A stretch of 58,933 bases of DNA, the filler included. It is 7 parts of 7 records of this genome, joined end to end, with 100 filler letters (N's around TTAATTAATTAA, not from the genome) between each part and the next. Parts side by side here need not be neighbours in the genome. Positions count along the whole stretch, not along the records: positions 33,232 to 41,127 come from SRR31156797_49664; positions 41,228 to 47,907 come from SRR31156797_49679; positions 48,008 to 58,933 come from SRR31156797_49774; 4 more parts are not named here. The stretch is one strand, 5' to 3'. Positions 39,176 through 48,342 of the stretch are shown in pieces (position 1 is the stretch's first letter; the number at the start of each line of letters is the position of its first letter). Under the pieces are notes generated by a model. The model was not told where the DNA came from. It made no database searches and worked only from the letters and a program-made list of their open reading frames with translations. Both the position numbers and the translations under genes were made by a program.

Positions 39176-41127
39176 TGCTTACTAAAAGGAAGTTCTATAC
39201 TCTTAGTGATATAAAAAAACACCTTGTATATACTCCTTTAATCTTTGTATTTGTTACAGCTATTATCTCAATGGTAGTTATTGTTTCTGTTTTAGAAGTA
39301 AAGCAGAAAAATGAAGAGAAACTACTAACTCAAAAAGAACAATTTGAAAAAAGAAATATTTTAAATCAGTATATAAATGACATAAAATTTAAAGCAAACT
39401 CCTCTTTTGATGGAGAAGAAGTTGCTCTAAATGATGCGGTTACTTCTTTAAGTGGGTTTCTAAAGTATTCAAAAAATCAAGCTGGATTAAATGATATTAA
39501 AAGTTTTATTCAAGACCTTGAAAAAAACAGTAACTTTGAGTTTGTAATTTTTGATAAAAAGAAATTAAATATTATCTATGGAGAAGATGTAATTAACTAT
39601 CTGCAAGTTATTACTGATTCTAAGATTGAGATAAAAAGATTTCAAAAACATATGTTAGAAAATATCCTTTATATTGGAGATGATAATTTAATCTATTGGA
39701 TTGATAAGACTAATCACAAAATTAGACTTAGTTATTTTAAAGATATAGAAAATAAAAATTGGTATCTAGGGGCTTTTTCTAAAATAGATGATATGGAAGA
39801 CTCTATTAGAAAAGTTATTATTAACTCAATAGTTCAAAAAAGTAAATACTATTCTGATAGCTACTTTTGGTTTTATGATTATAATCAAGGTTATGTATAT
39901 AACTACTATAATAAGGGACAAAAATTAAATGCTAAGTATATTTTAGAGCAAGATAGATTTGATAGCTCAAGTCAGATTTTAAGAAAATATATAACTGACA
40001 ATGAAGTAAACAAAAGTCATAAAACATATAATTTCACAAAATACAATTTTTTAGTTTCTATTAAAAGTTATACTCTTCCAAGTAAACTATCAAACTTAGA
40101 TTATAAATACAATTCTAAACTATCTGTCTCAATTGCCATTGTTATTTTAATATCACTTTTTTTAATTTTAGCATCAACTGTATTTACAAAGTTTATTAAC
40201 TCTATTTTCCACAGATACAATAAAAGATTAGAGACTAGAAATAAGATGTATAAAAAATGGAAAGATAGATATGAGCTTGCTATTATTGCATCAAATGATG
40301 GACTTTGGGATATTGATTTAGAGACTGATAATATCTTTTTCTCTAAAAAATGGCTTGAGATGTTTGGCTATAAAAAAGGTGAAATAAAAAGTTTACAAGA
40401 GTGGCTAAACATAATCCATCAAGAAGATAGACCAATTGTTGAAAATAGATTAAAAACTCATTTAGATGGTAAAACAGAACACTTTATTAGTGAGTATAGA
40501 ATCAAAAATAAGTGGAATGAATATAAATGGGTATTAGTTAGAGGTAAAGCCTTTAGAGATAAAGAGAAGAACCCAAAACGTATGCTTATGATGTCAATGG
40601 ATATTGAAAGAAGAAAAAGGCTTTCTAAAGAGCTTCAATATGTTGATTTATTAGTTGAGTATGGAAGAATTGTAATCTTTAAATGGAAGAATGATAATTT
40701 CTTAACTCCAGAATATGTATCTAAATCAATTAGTTCCTTTGGTTATTCAACAAAAGGCTTTGAAAATAAAAAAGATAGCTTCTTAAACTTTGTTCATAAA
40801 GATGATGCAAAAGAGTTAAAAGTAGAGTTAAAAGAGGCCATAAAAAAAGATTCAAAATCTTTTACCAAAGTCTTCAGAGTGATTGAGAAAGATGGAACTA
40901 TAAGATGGGTATTTAATAGAACAATCTTCTTAAAAGATGACTTTGGAAATGTAACTCACCTTTATGGATATATTACTGATATTACACAAATGAAGTTAAC
41001 AGAAGAAGAGTTAAAATCTAAAGTTGAAGAAGAGTTAGCTAAAAATATAGAAAAAGATAGATTATTGGTTCATCAAAGTAAGTTAGCTGCTATGGGTGAG
41101 ATGCTTGGAAATATTGCTCACCAATGG
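39175..41127 (+). CDS. Membrane PAS-domain sensor histidine kinase, 3'-truncated
   Basis: Two TM helices, two PAS/PAC domains, and an H-box start QSKLAAMGEMLGNIAHQW at the contig end. Confidence 0.88.
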
Positions 41128-41227
41128 NNNNNNNNNNNNNNNNNNNNNNNNNNNNNNNNNNNNNNNNNNNNTTAATTAATTAANNNNNNNNNNNNNNNNN
41201 NNNNNNNNNNNNNNNNNNNNNNNNNNN
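41128..41227. other. Artificial contig spacer
   Basis: N44-TTAATTAATTAA-N44. Confidence 0.98.
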
Positions 41228-41228
41228 A

Positions 41229-42224
41229 TTAAAAAGGCTTAAGTCAAACAATCCACTAAACCTGGTTTTGGTGCCGATAGCTGCAGTGCTATTTTGGCTT
41301 AAAAGTCTTATGCAGCCTTTTACATATGATTTTTATCCCGGAGAAACCGATAACGTTCTGTTTGCTCCGGTTTATGGTTTATTGGGAAGTAGTCCGTTGG
41401 TGCAGGTAATTTCCAGTGTTTTTTTAGTTGTAGCACTTTCTTTAATAATACAACTGGTAAACGACAGGTATTTGTTTATCCGCATTAAAAGCAAGTTGCC
41501 ATCTATATTGTTTGTAATTATTGTAGGAGGGTTTACAAAATTACACACCTTGCATCCGGTTTATTTTGGTGTTATTTTTCTTCTTTTTGCGCTATTTCGT
41601 CTTTTCACCACTTTCGAAAAAAAGAAAGCTTATTCAGCCATTTTCGATTCCGGTTTTTTACTTGGCGTGGGTGCTCTTTTTTACCTGAATCTCTTGGTGT
41701 TTGTACCTGCATTTCTTATAAGTGTTGTTATACTAAGCCGGGAAACACGTTGGCGTGAATTTGTAATCTTATTAATCGGTTTTATTTTGCCTCTTGGTTT
41801 TGCTCTTTCGTATGCAACACTAACCGGACAATTTTTGGAGACACTGGATATTTTTCGTCAAAACATAGTTCCTCCGGTTAATCACTTTTACGAAAATTTA
41901 CCACTTCACGGCTATTTGGCATTTTTAATTTTATTTACAGTGGTGGGTAGCATTACAATGTTTCAGCAATATGATACTAAAAAGATCAGTTCGCGAAAAT
42001 ATTTCTCCGTCTTTTTCTGGATCTTTATTTTTTCATTGATCAGCTTCTCTTTTATACCGGTATCATCTCAGGAAATGTTAGTTATCACTGCAATTCCGGT
42101 AACCTATCTGATAGCAAACCTTCTGGTGTTTATGCGAAGTCGTTTCTGGAGCGAGTTGCTTTTTATTCTTTTACTTGGCTTTGCTATTTTAATGCAGTTT
42201 ACGCAAGAATTATTTAATGCATAG
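41229..42224 (+). CDS. Polytopic membrane protein (DUF6427-like), 5'-truncated
   Basis: Frame open from the contig edge; many TM helices; IFDSGFLLGVGALFY. Confidence 0.65.
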   Translation, partial: LKRLKSNNPLNLVLVPIAAVLFWLKSLMQPFTYDFYPGETDNVLFAPVYGLLGSSPLVQVISSVFLVVALSLIIQLVNDRYLFIRIKSKLPSILFVIIVGGFTKLHTLHPVYFGVIFLLFALFRLFTTFEKKKAYSAIFDSGFLLGVGALFYLNLLVFVPAFLISVVILSRETRWREFVILLIGFILPLGFALSYATLTGQFLETLDIFRQNIVPPVNHFYENLPLHGYLAFLILFTVVGSITMFQQYDTKKISSRKYFSVFFWIFIFSLISFSFIPVSSQEMLVITAIPVTYLIANLLVFMRSRFWSELLFILLLGFAILMQFTQELFNA

Positions 42225-43866
42225 CAACAAACCAACACTGGCTATATACGGTATTCAGGATCGTTACAATTATGATCATCCTTTTTATGTGCACGATCAT
42301 AACCTGGCGTTGATGCAGGAAGGCAGGGTGAAATATTTTTTACAACAGGAACGAACATCGCGTAGAAAGCGTGATAATACATTGCATCTTCATCTAAAAG
42401 AGATTTTGAAAGAAAAAAAATTACTTGGTACTGATTATGATCTTGTATTTGTTGACAATGTAGTGGGACGTACTTTTTTGCAATACAATGGCGAAGTACG
42501 TTTTGAGGCACCTTTAAACCATAAATTATCAGTTGGGCCGGAAAAAGGTAAGTGTTGGTGGTTTGGAGAGGAAAAAGAGGCCTATGCGCTAAATCATGAG
42601 TTGGCACACATGTTTTCCTGTTTACCCTTTTGGGGTGACTTAAAAGAAAATAGTTTATTGGTTCATTTTGATGGTGGAGCAAGCCTAAGTAATTTTTCGG
42701 CTGCCCTTTATAAGGATAAAGCGTTGGAATGGCTTGAATATCACTGGGATTTAAAACCTTATTCGAGCATTTTTAATGCAAATGCCCTCGTGTTTGCTAT
42801 ACTTGGAGCAAAACTTCCTGAGCAGAATGCTGTTCCGGGCAAGTTTATGGGATTTGCAGGACTTGGAACTTATCGCAGCGATTTGGAGGAGTGGCTAACG
42901 AAAAATAACTTTTTTCAGGATATTTGGGGGAAAACCTCACTGTTTTTAAAAGCTGCAGAAACAGACTTTGGAGTAAAAACGGGTTCCTTCAATCAGAAGG
43001 ATAAATTTATTCAGGATGTTGCTGCTACTTTACAAGAAATCTTTATAAGTAAGATATTACAGAAATTAAAAAGGCTTCAACATAAAACCGGGACTGAAAA
43101 TCTTTATTACACAGGAGGTTCTGCCTTAAATATTGTGGCGAATACCCGTATTGTTGACAGCAAAATATTTAAAAATGTATTTATTCCTCCTTGCACCGAA
43201 GATTCGGGTTTAGCACTTGGTGCCGCTGCTTTTGTAGAGTGGAAAAAGCACGGAAAGGTAAAAGCACATTCGGCCTATCTAAATAACTGGGGGATTGAGA
43301 AGTATGTATGTAGCTATTCTGATAAAACGATTACAGAAGTGGCGCAACAATTGGTAGATAAGAAGTTGATTGGATTGTGTAGTAATTACGGGGAAGCCGG
43401 GCCCAGGGCACTGGGAAACAGAAGTATTTTAAGTATTGCATCCTCAAAACAGCTGGCTGAAATTCTAAGTATGGAAAAAAAAGGCCGGGAATGGTATCGC
43501 CCGCTTGCTCCCATTGCTTTGGCAAAAAATGTAAAACATTTTACAGGTTTACACCATATTCATCACCTTGCAAAATTTATGTTGCTCGATTTTAAGGTGC
43601 AAAATATACATCAAAAAGAGATTGCAGGAGCAATTCATGCCGATGGAACAGCTCGTTTCCAAACTATTTTTTCGCGCGATGAGAATCCTTTTGTTTTTGA
43701 TTTGCTTACCTGTTTAGACGAAAAGTTTGGGATAAAAGCTTTGATAAATACTTCTTTTAATTCGGGAGGAGAGCCCATTGTTCATACAGAGGAAGATGCC
43801 GTTTGTGCTGCTAAATCTATGAAACTTGATGCGGTAGTTTTAAATGGCAAGTTAATAAAGCTTTAA
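42217..43866 (+). CDS. Carbamoyltransferase (NodU/CmcH/TobZ family)
   Basis: QERTSRRK, HELAH, DGG, GKFMG, GGSALN, EDSG, EAGPRALGNRSIL, REWYRPLAP, HADGTARFQT and NTSFN..GEPIV. Confidence 0.92.
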   Translation: MHSNKPTLAIYGIQDRYNYDHPFYVHDHNLALMQEGRVKYFLQQERTSRRKRDNTLHLHLKEILKEKKLLGTDYDLVFVDNVVGRTFLQYNGEVRFEAPLNHKLSVGPEKGKCWWFGEEKEAYALNHELAHMFSCLPFWGDLKENSLLVHFDGGASLSNFSAALYKDKALEWLEYHWDLKPYSSIFNANALVFAILGAKLPEQNAVPGKFMGFAGLGTYRSDLEEWLTKNNFFQDIWGKTSLFLKAAETDFGVKTGSFNQKDKFIQDVAATLQEIFISKILQKLKRLQHKTGTENLYYTGGSALNIVANTRIVDSKIFKNVFIPPCTEDSGLALGAAAFVEWKKHGKVKAHSAYLNNWGIEKYVCSYSDKTITEVAQQLVDKKLIGLCSNYGEAGPRALGNRSILSIASSKQLAEILSMEKKGREWYRPLAPIALAKNVKHFTGLHHIHHLAKFMLLDFKVQNIHQKEIAGAIHADGTARFQTIFSRDENPFVFDLLTCLDEKFGIKALINTSFNSGGEPIVHTEEDAVCAAKSMKLDAVVLNGKLIKL

Positions 43867-43867
43867 C

Positions 43868-43875
43868 TATTTTTG
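43868..43875 (+). promoter_or_regulatory. Bacteroidota -7 promoter element for tsaB
   Basis: TATTTTTG matches TAnnTTTG, 24 nt upstream of the tsaB ATG. Confidence 0.55.
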
Positions 43876-43899
43876 CGGAAGATTGTTTAAAGGTATCAA

Positions 43900-44607
43900 A
43901 TGGCTAAAATATTAAATATAGAAACTTCAACCGAAGTGTGTTCAGTGTCGTTGGCAGAGAATGGAAAAACACTTTTTATAAAGGAAAGTACTGAAGGACT
44001 AAATCATTCCGAACTGCTTACCGTATTTATTCAGGATCTTTTTCAAGAGAATAAGATAGACTTAAGTAGTATTGATGCTGTAGCTGTTAGTAAAGGGCCA
44101 GGTTCATACACCGGATTACGAATAGGTGTTTCGGTAGCCAAAGGACTGTGTTATGGCTTAAATAAACCATTAATTGGCGTTGGATCGATTGAAGCTATGG
44201 GAAATTATGTAGCAGGCAATACCACAGAATTTTATAGGATAGAAGACAATTTACTGTTCTGCCCAATGATTGATGCCCGTAGAATGGAAGTTTATACTGC
44301 ACTTTATGATATGGCCGGAAAAGAACTTGTTCCGGTTACTGCTGAAATTATTGACGAGAATTCTTTTGATGCTCATCTTCAACAAAGTAAGATACTGTTT
44401 TTTGGAAACGGAGCAGAAAAATGCAAGGAAAAAATAATTCACACAAATGCCTTGTTTGTTGGACCACCAAAAACCTCGGCACGATTTATGCAAAATCTTG
44501 CAGAAAGTAAGTACAACAAAAAACAGTTTGAGGACGTTGCATATTTCGAACCTTTTTATTTGAAAGATTTTGTGGCAACAATTCCGAAAAACAAGGTGTT
44601 AAAATGA
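43900..44607 (+). CDS. tsaB: t6A biosynthesis protein TsaB
   Basis: IETSTEVCSV, HSE, GPGSYTGLRIG, IDARRMEVY and EPFYLK. Confidence 0.96.
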   Translation: MAKILNIETSTEVCSVSLAENGKTLFIKESTEGLNHSELLTVFIQDLFQENKIDLSSIDAVAVSKGPGSYTGLRIGVSVAKGLCYGLNKPLIGVGSIEAMGNYVAGNTTEFYRIEDNLLFCPMIDARRMEVYTALYDMAGKELVPVTAEIIDENSFDAHLQQSKILFFGNGAEKCKEKIIHTNALFVGPPKTSARFMQNLAESKYNKKQFEDVAYFEPFYLKDFVATIPKNKVLK

Positions 44608-44684
44608 ATTGAGCATGATTATAAGAATATCTTCTGAAATTAGCTGAGATAAATCTGAAGCCATATAAAAACAATAGTAATACA

Positions 44685-45419
44685 ATGAGACGAATAATTC
44701 CCATACTCCTGATCTTGTTACTGTCGATAAATCTACTGTCGGCAAAAGAAGTAAAACTAAAGCTACACCTTAAGTTTGGTTTTGTAAAAGGTGGAGAAGC
44801 TGAAATGACCATTTACGACACTGTTTTTAACGGACAACCGGCACTACATTATCATGTAATGGGCAGAACTACCGGTTTGGCCAATAAACTTTACGGCGTT
44901 TACGATATCTACGAAACAACGGTCGACGCCAATTCGAGGTTGCCGGTAAAAACTATTCGAAACGTTAAAGAGGGGAGTTACCGACGATATACAGAAACTT
45001 TGTTTTATCACGATATTGACTCGATTAATAGTTCGCGTAGTGGTTGGAGAGAGGTTCCGGATAACCTGCTCGATATTATATCGGTCTTCTTTTATTTTGT
45101 GGAAAAGAATCCATTCGACAATCTTCAGCCGGGCGATGCGGTTGTGTATCCAACAATAAATGCCGATAAGATATCTGATGTTTCGGTACGTTACCTGCGC
45201 GATGAGACCATTAAAACCAGCCTTGGGAAAGTGGAGTGCCATGTGTTGGTTCCTACAGTGCGTAAGGGAAAGGTGTTGCAAAAATCGGATGGGGTTAGGT
45301 TTTACCTTTCAAAAGAACATAAGGTACCGGTGTATATCGAGTTTGATATGCGCGTTGGTGCATTAAAAGCAGTTATAAAAGAGTTTAGTGTTGCCGGTGA
45401 GCGGAAGAAATTCAATTAA
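44685..45419 (+). CDS. DUF3108-like exported protein
   Basis: Signal peptide; FGFVKGGEA, G.TTG...KLYGVYD, RNVKEGSY and VPVYIEFDMRVG. Confidence 0.7.
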   Translation: MRRIIPILLILLLSINLLSAKEVKLKLHLKFGFVKGGEAEMTIYDTVFNGQPALHYHVMGRTTGLANKLYGVYDIYETTVDANSRLPVKTIRNVKEGSYRRYTETLFYHDIDSINSSRSGWREVPDNLLDIISVFFYFVEKNPFDNLQPGDAVVYPTINADKISDVSVRYLRDETIKTSLGKVECHVLVPTVRKGKVLQKSDGVRFYLSKEHKVPVYIEFDMRVGALKAVIKEFSVAGERKKFN

Positions 45420-45455
45420 AGAATTGGTTAAACTGGCAAAAGAGCCATGAAATGC

Positions 45456-45484
45456 TTGATTTTTAATGGATTTAATTATTTTTG
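45456..45484 (+). promoter_or_regulatory. Bacteroidota -33/-7 promoter for efp
   Basis: TTG at 45456 and TATTTTTG at 45477-45484. Confidence 0.6.
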
Positions 45485-45513
45485 CACCGGATAAAACAAG
45501 TAAAAGATTAGAC

Positions 45514-46083
45514 ATGGCTTCTACAGCAGATTTTAAAAACGGGATGTGTATAATATTCAAAGGTGATATTTATACGATTGTATCATTCCTTCATGTAAAA
45601 CCGGGTAAAGGTCCGGCTTTTGTACGTACCAAACTTAAAAATGTTAAAACCGGAAGGGTTGTCGAGAATACATTTAATTCAGGAGTAAAAGTTGACGAAG
45701 TTCGTGTTGAACGTCGTTCATATCAGTTTTTGTATCGCGATGATATGGGATTGAATGTGATGAATACGGAAACCTACGAACAGGTTTCAATTCCTGAAAC
45801 AATGGTTGAAAATGACGACCTGATGAAAGAAGGTCAGGTTATTGAAATTCAGTTTCATGCAGAGGAAGAATTACCTTTAACTGCAGAAATGCCGGACAAG
45901 GTTGAATTAACCATAACCTCCACTATTGAGGGAGAAAAAGGAAACACTGCCAGTTCAACAGCCTTAAAACCAGCTACGGTTGAAACAGGGGCAGAAATTA
46001 TGGTTCCAATGTTTATTAACGAAGGAGATATTATTCGTGTAAGTACTGCCGACCGTTCATACAGCGAACGCGTTAAGCAGTAG
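45514..46083 (+). CDS. efp: Elongation factor P
   Basis: True start MASTADFKNG at 45514; HVKPGKGPAFVR, KPATVETG and VPMFINEGD. Confidence 0.97.
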   Translation: MASTADFKNGMCIIFKGDIYTIVSFLHVKPGKGPAFVRTKLKNVKTGRVVENTFNSGVKVDEVRVERRSYQFLYRDDMGLNVMNTETYEQVSIPETMVENDDLMKEGQVIEIQFHAEEELPLTAEMPDKVELTITSTIEGEKGNTASSTALKPATVETGAEIMVPMFINEGDIIRVSTADRSYSERVKQ

Positions 46084-46104
46084 ACAGACGTTAAAAGATA
46101 TTTC

Positions 46105-46138
46105 AGCCGGTTTGGGATTGTCTAAACCGGCTTTTTTT
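46105..46138 (+). terminator. Intrinsic terminator after efp
   Basis: AGCCGGTTT...AAACCGGCT followed by a T run. Confidence 0.85.
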
Positions 46139-46142
46139 ATTG

Positions 46143-46799
46143 TTATTTTTGAGGAAAAGTATATTTAAACACACCAAACACCGAAAGGTTGTGATCCTTA
46201 TCATCGCTTGAATAGGTGTCGGTACCTTCGGTATTTATATTTGTTAATCCGTATACTGCACGAACACCTAAACTAATGTTGTCGTTAAGCTTATAGCCTG
46301 CACCAACAGGAACTCCAAGATCAAATGTTTTAATGTAATCTTTAAAATCATAACTGTCGGCATCGTCAACTTTATCCTTGGCACTTAGCAAAAAAGATGG
46401 CTGGAGGCCCGCTTCAGCGTAAAATCCGGTGTTTCCCTGGTAGCGATAAAGTAAAGGGACGTTCAAATACGATAAGCTTATTTTTCCGGAATAAGCACTG
46501 CCATCCTGTGCACTTTTTAGTCCATATACGTAATAATCACTTATGGTTTCTTCGTAATTGGCGCCCTGAAACGAAACGTTAAGACCGAAAATAAGAGAGG
46601 AGATTCCAGGGCATTCAAGAACTTTTATTTCTGCTCCGGCAGCTGCTCCAACTGCAGGGTTGTAACTTTTTCCTCCATCAATATGTGTCATTCCGGCACT
46701 TGCAACAGCAGCTATCTCTTTTTGAGTAGCTAATTTCCACTGGCACTTACATGAGCCTAACAAAGATGTGATGATTAATAACAAGAAAAGATTTTTCAT
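46143..46799 (-). CDS. Outer-membrane beta-barrel (porin family/OMP_b-brl_2-like) protein
   Basis: Signal peptide; LSYLNVPLLYRY, FYAEAGLQPSFLLSAK and aromatic C-terminus FKYTF. Confidence 0.85.
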   Translation of the reverse strand: MKNLFLLLIITSLLGSCKCQWKLATQKEIAAVASAGMTHIDGGKSYNPAVGAAAGAEIKVLECPGISSLIFGLNVSFQGANYEETISDYYVYGLKSAQDGSAYSGKISLSYLNVPLLYRYQGNTGFYAEAGLQPSFLLSAKDKVDDADSYDFKDYIKTFDLGVPVGAGYKLNDNISLGVRAVYGLTNINTEGTDTYSSDDKDHNLSVFGVFKYTFPQK

Positions 46800-46851
46800 G
46801 ATAATTGACTTTTAGGTTAAACAAAAGATGGTTCAATTATCAATCAACGAT

Positions 46852-46859
46852 CAAATTTA
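46852..46859 (-). promoter_or_regulatory. Bacteroidota -7 promoter element for the 46143-46799 OMP gene
   Basis: Minus-strand TAAATTTG (TAnnTTTG) about 50 nt upstream of the ATG. Confidence 0.55.
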
Positions 46860-46944
46860 TCGTCCTGTTTTTCCAACGATTTTGTTTAGTTCTTACAGAT
46901 TCATACGGTGTTCTTATAAAAAAGATGCACTTGTTAGGAACAGG

Positions 46945-46973
46945 GCAACTCTGAGTATTGGTTTTACGTATAA
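46945..46973 (+). promoter_or_regulatory. ECF-sigma-type promoter for the candidate sRNA
   Basis: GCAAC (46945-46949)-N17-CGTATAA (46967-46973), matching the AAC-N16/17-CGT ECF consensus. Confidence 0.55.
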
Positions 46974-46976
46974 ACA

Positions 46977-47072
46977 AACACTACTCTAAGCAAAGGCGGG
47001 GTAGGCAGTTTTTTCATAGGACCTAGTTAGTTAGGTGAGTATCCCGGCACAGGAGGGCCGGGATACTTTTTT
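46977..47072 (+). ncRNA. Candidate trans-acting small RNA (~95 nt)
   Basis: Upstream ECF-like promoter; 5' hairpin; unpaired AGTTTTTTCATAGG (47007-47020); ACCTA/TAGGT hairpin; 11-bp terminator stem (47038-47067) plus a T run on the plus strand, opposite to both flanking genes. The 5' end is estimated. Confidence 0.6.
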
Positions 47073-47093
47073 ATGTTCTGTGGTAATAATACT

Positions 47094-47717
47094 CTAATTC
47101 CCGGTCTTTTTGTTAAAACTGTAACGAATCAATCCGGTTACAATAAAATTTTGGTGACTACCTTCGTTTGACACCCAATCCAGTCCATCGTTACTCATAT
47201 TGGTCAGTCCAAAAACTGCACGTGCTCCAATACTTAGCCGGTTCGAAAACCAATAGCCCAAACCTACGGGTATCCCGATGTTGACAAATTTTACATGCTT
47301 TTTAAAGTCTGAGTTTTCTCCGTTGTCCTGATCGTTTTGGGCATTAAGCATAAATCCGGTTTGAAATCCAGCTTCAAGAAATAAACCATTTGGATTTTGA
47401 TACCGATATAAAACAGGCATGTTGATGTAGGAAAACTTTAACGTTCCGGTTAGGATTTCATTATTTACTAAAACGCTGTAATCGGCGCCTTGCAGGGTGT
47501 AGTTTATTCCTACATTTAGCAAAGAGCTGCCGGTAAAATGATGAACGTTACTTTCCAGACCAACCATATAGCCGGTAGTGGTGCTTAAATTAATACCACT
47601 AAAAACATGGGTTAGCCCGGCTCCCCCAAACAGGCATAAGCCTTCGGTAGCCTTATTTTTTTGGCTCCACCCGGTAAACGACAATAAAACAAAAAGTAGA
47701 ATGTTTAGTTTTTTCAT
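47094..47717 (-). CDS. Outer-membrane beta-barrel (porin family) protein, paralogue of 46143-46799
   Basis: True start MKKLNILLF (ATG 47717); FSYINMPVLYRYQ, LFLEAGFQ, SIGARAVFGLTN and IRYSF. Confidence 0.85.
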   Translation of the reverse strand: MKKLNILLFVLLSFTGWSQKNKATEGLCLFGGAGLTHVFSGINLSTTTGYMVGLESNVHHFTGSSLLNVGINYTLQGADYSVLVNNEILTGTLKFSYINMPVLYRYQNPNGLFLEAGFQTGFMLNAQNDQDNGENSDFKKHVKFVNIGIPVGLGYWFSNRLSIGARAVFGLTNMSNDGLDWVSNEGSHQNFIVTGLIRYSFNKKTGN

Positions 47718-47907
47718 AGGTACAACAGTTGGTGTTATCCTTTCTATTAACAGGAAATAATACCAGCTAAAGGTACAAGAATGATTTGAAAAATTATTTT
47801 GATGGTGAAAGTTTATCCGAATATAGTATTGTTCTGAGTAAACTGTGTCTATGCTAGGGATCAGTTTAGATATCAAGGGGAGTATAATCTTTTGTATCGA
47901 TTTGTTT

Positions 47908-48007
47908 NNNNNNNNNNNNNNNNNNNNNNNNNNNNNNNNNNNNNNNNNNNNTTAATTAATTAANNNNNNNNNNNNNNNNNNNNNNNNNNNNNNNNNNNNN
48001 NNNNNNN
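47908..48007. other. Artificial contig spacer
   Basis: N44-TTAATTAATTAA-N44. Confidence 0.98.
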
Positions 48008-48009
48008 GC

Positions 48010-48342
48010 ATTGCCCTTGGCATTGTTACCTTCAGCAGACCCGTCATGGAGACCGTGGGCAAGCGCCTGGTGAGCCTGGATCCGTTTTCAGCCCTGGTGG
48101 TCTCCCTGGCCCTGGCCCTGACCATTCATTTTTTTACCCTGATGGGGGTGCCGGTGTCCAGCAGCCAGGCCGTCATCGGCAGCGTGCTGGGCATTGGCAT
48201 CGTAAAAGGGTCAAACACCGTGAGCCGAAAGACCCTGAAGCGGATACTGGTGGCGTGGTTCCTGACGCCGGTTGTGGCCTGCTTCATCTCCCTGGCCCTC
48301 ACGGTGGCGTCCCGCCTTCAGTATATCCATCCAGTGGGTTAG
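48010..48342 (+). CDS. Inorganic phosphate transporter (PiT family), C-terminal part
   Basis: VMETVGKRL, GVPVSSSQAVIGSVLGIG and AWFLTP. Confidence 0.88.
   Translation: MALGIVTFSRPVMETVGKRLVSLDPFSALVVSLALALTIHFFTLMGVPVSSSQAVIGSVLGIGIVKGSNTVSRKTLKRILVAWFLTPVVACFISLALTVASRLQYIHPVG

Noticed and set aside
33233-41127. Prepilin peptidase inside a glmU-coaBC-uppS-lptF-truA run
   Set aside because: This is an ordinary Campylobacterota housekeeping arrangement.
46964-47017. Minus-strand mini-ORF MKKLPTPPLLRVVFVYT*
   Set aside because: It is only 17 codons, and the promoter and terminator polarity favour a plus-strand RNA. It is kept as the alternative explanation for the 14-nt match.
8020-48007. 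Six identical TTAATTAATTAA elements flanked by N runs
   Set aside because: These are artificial contig joiners, not biological repeats. Cross-spacer adjacencies and ORF-track proteins running into X residues are artefacts.
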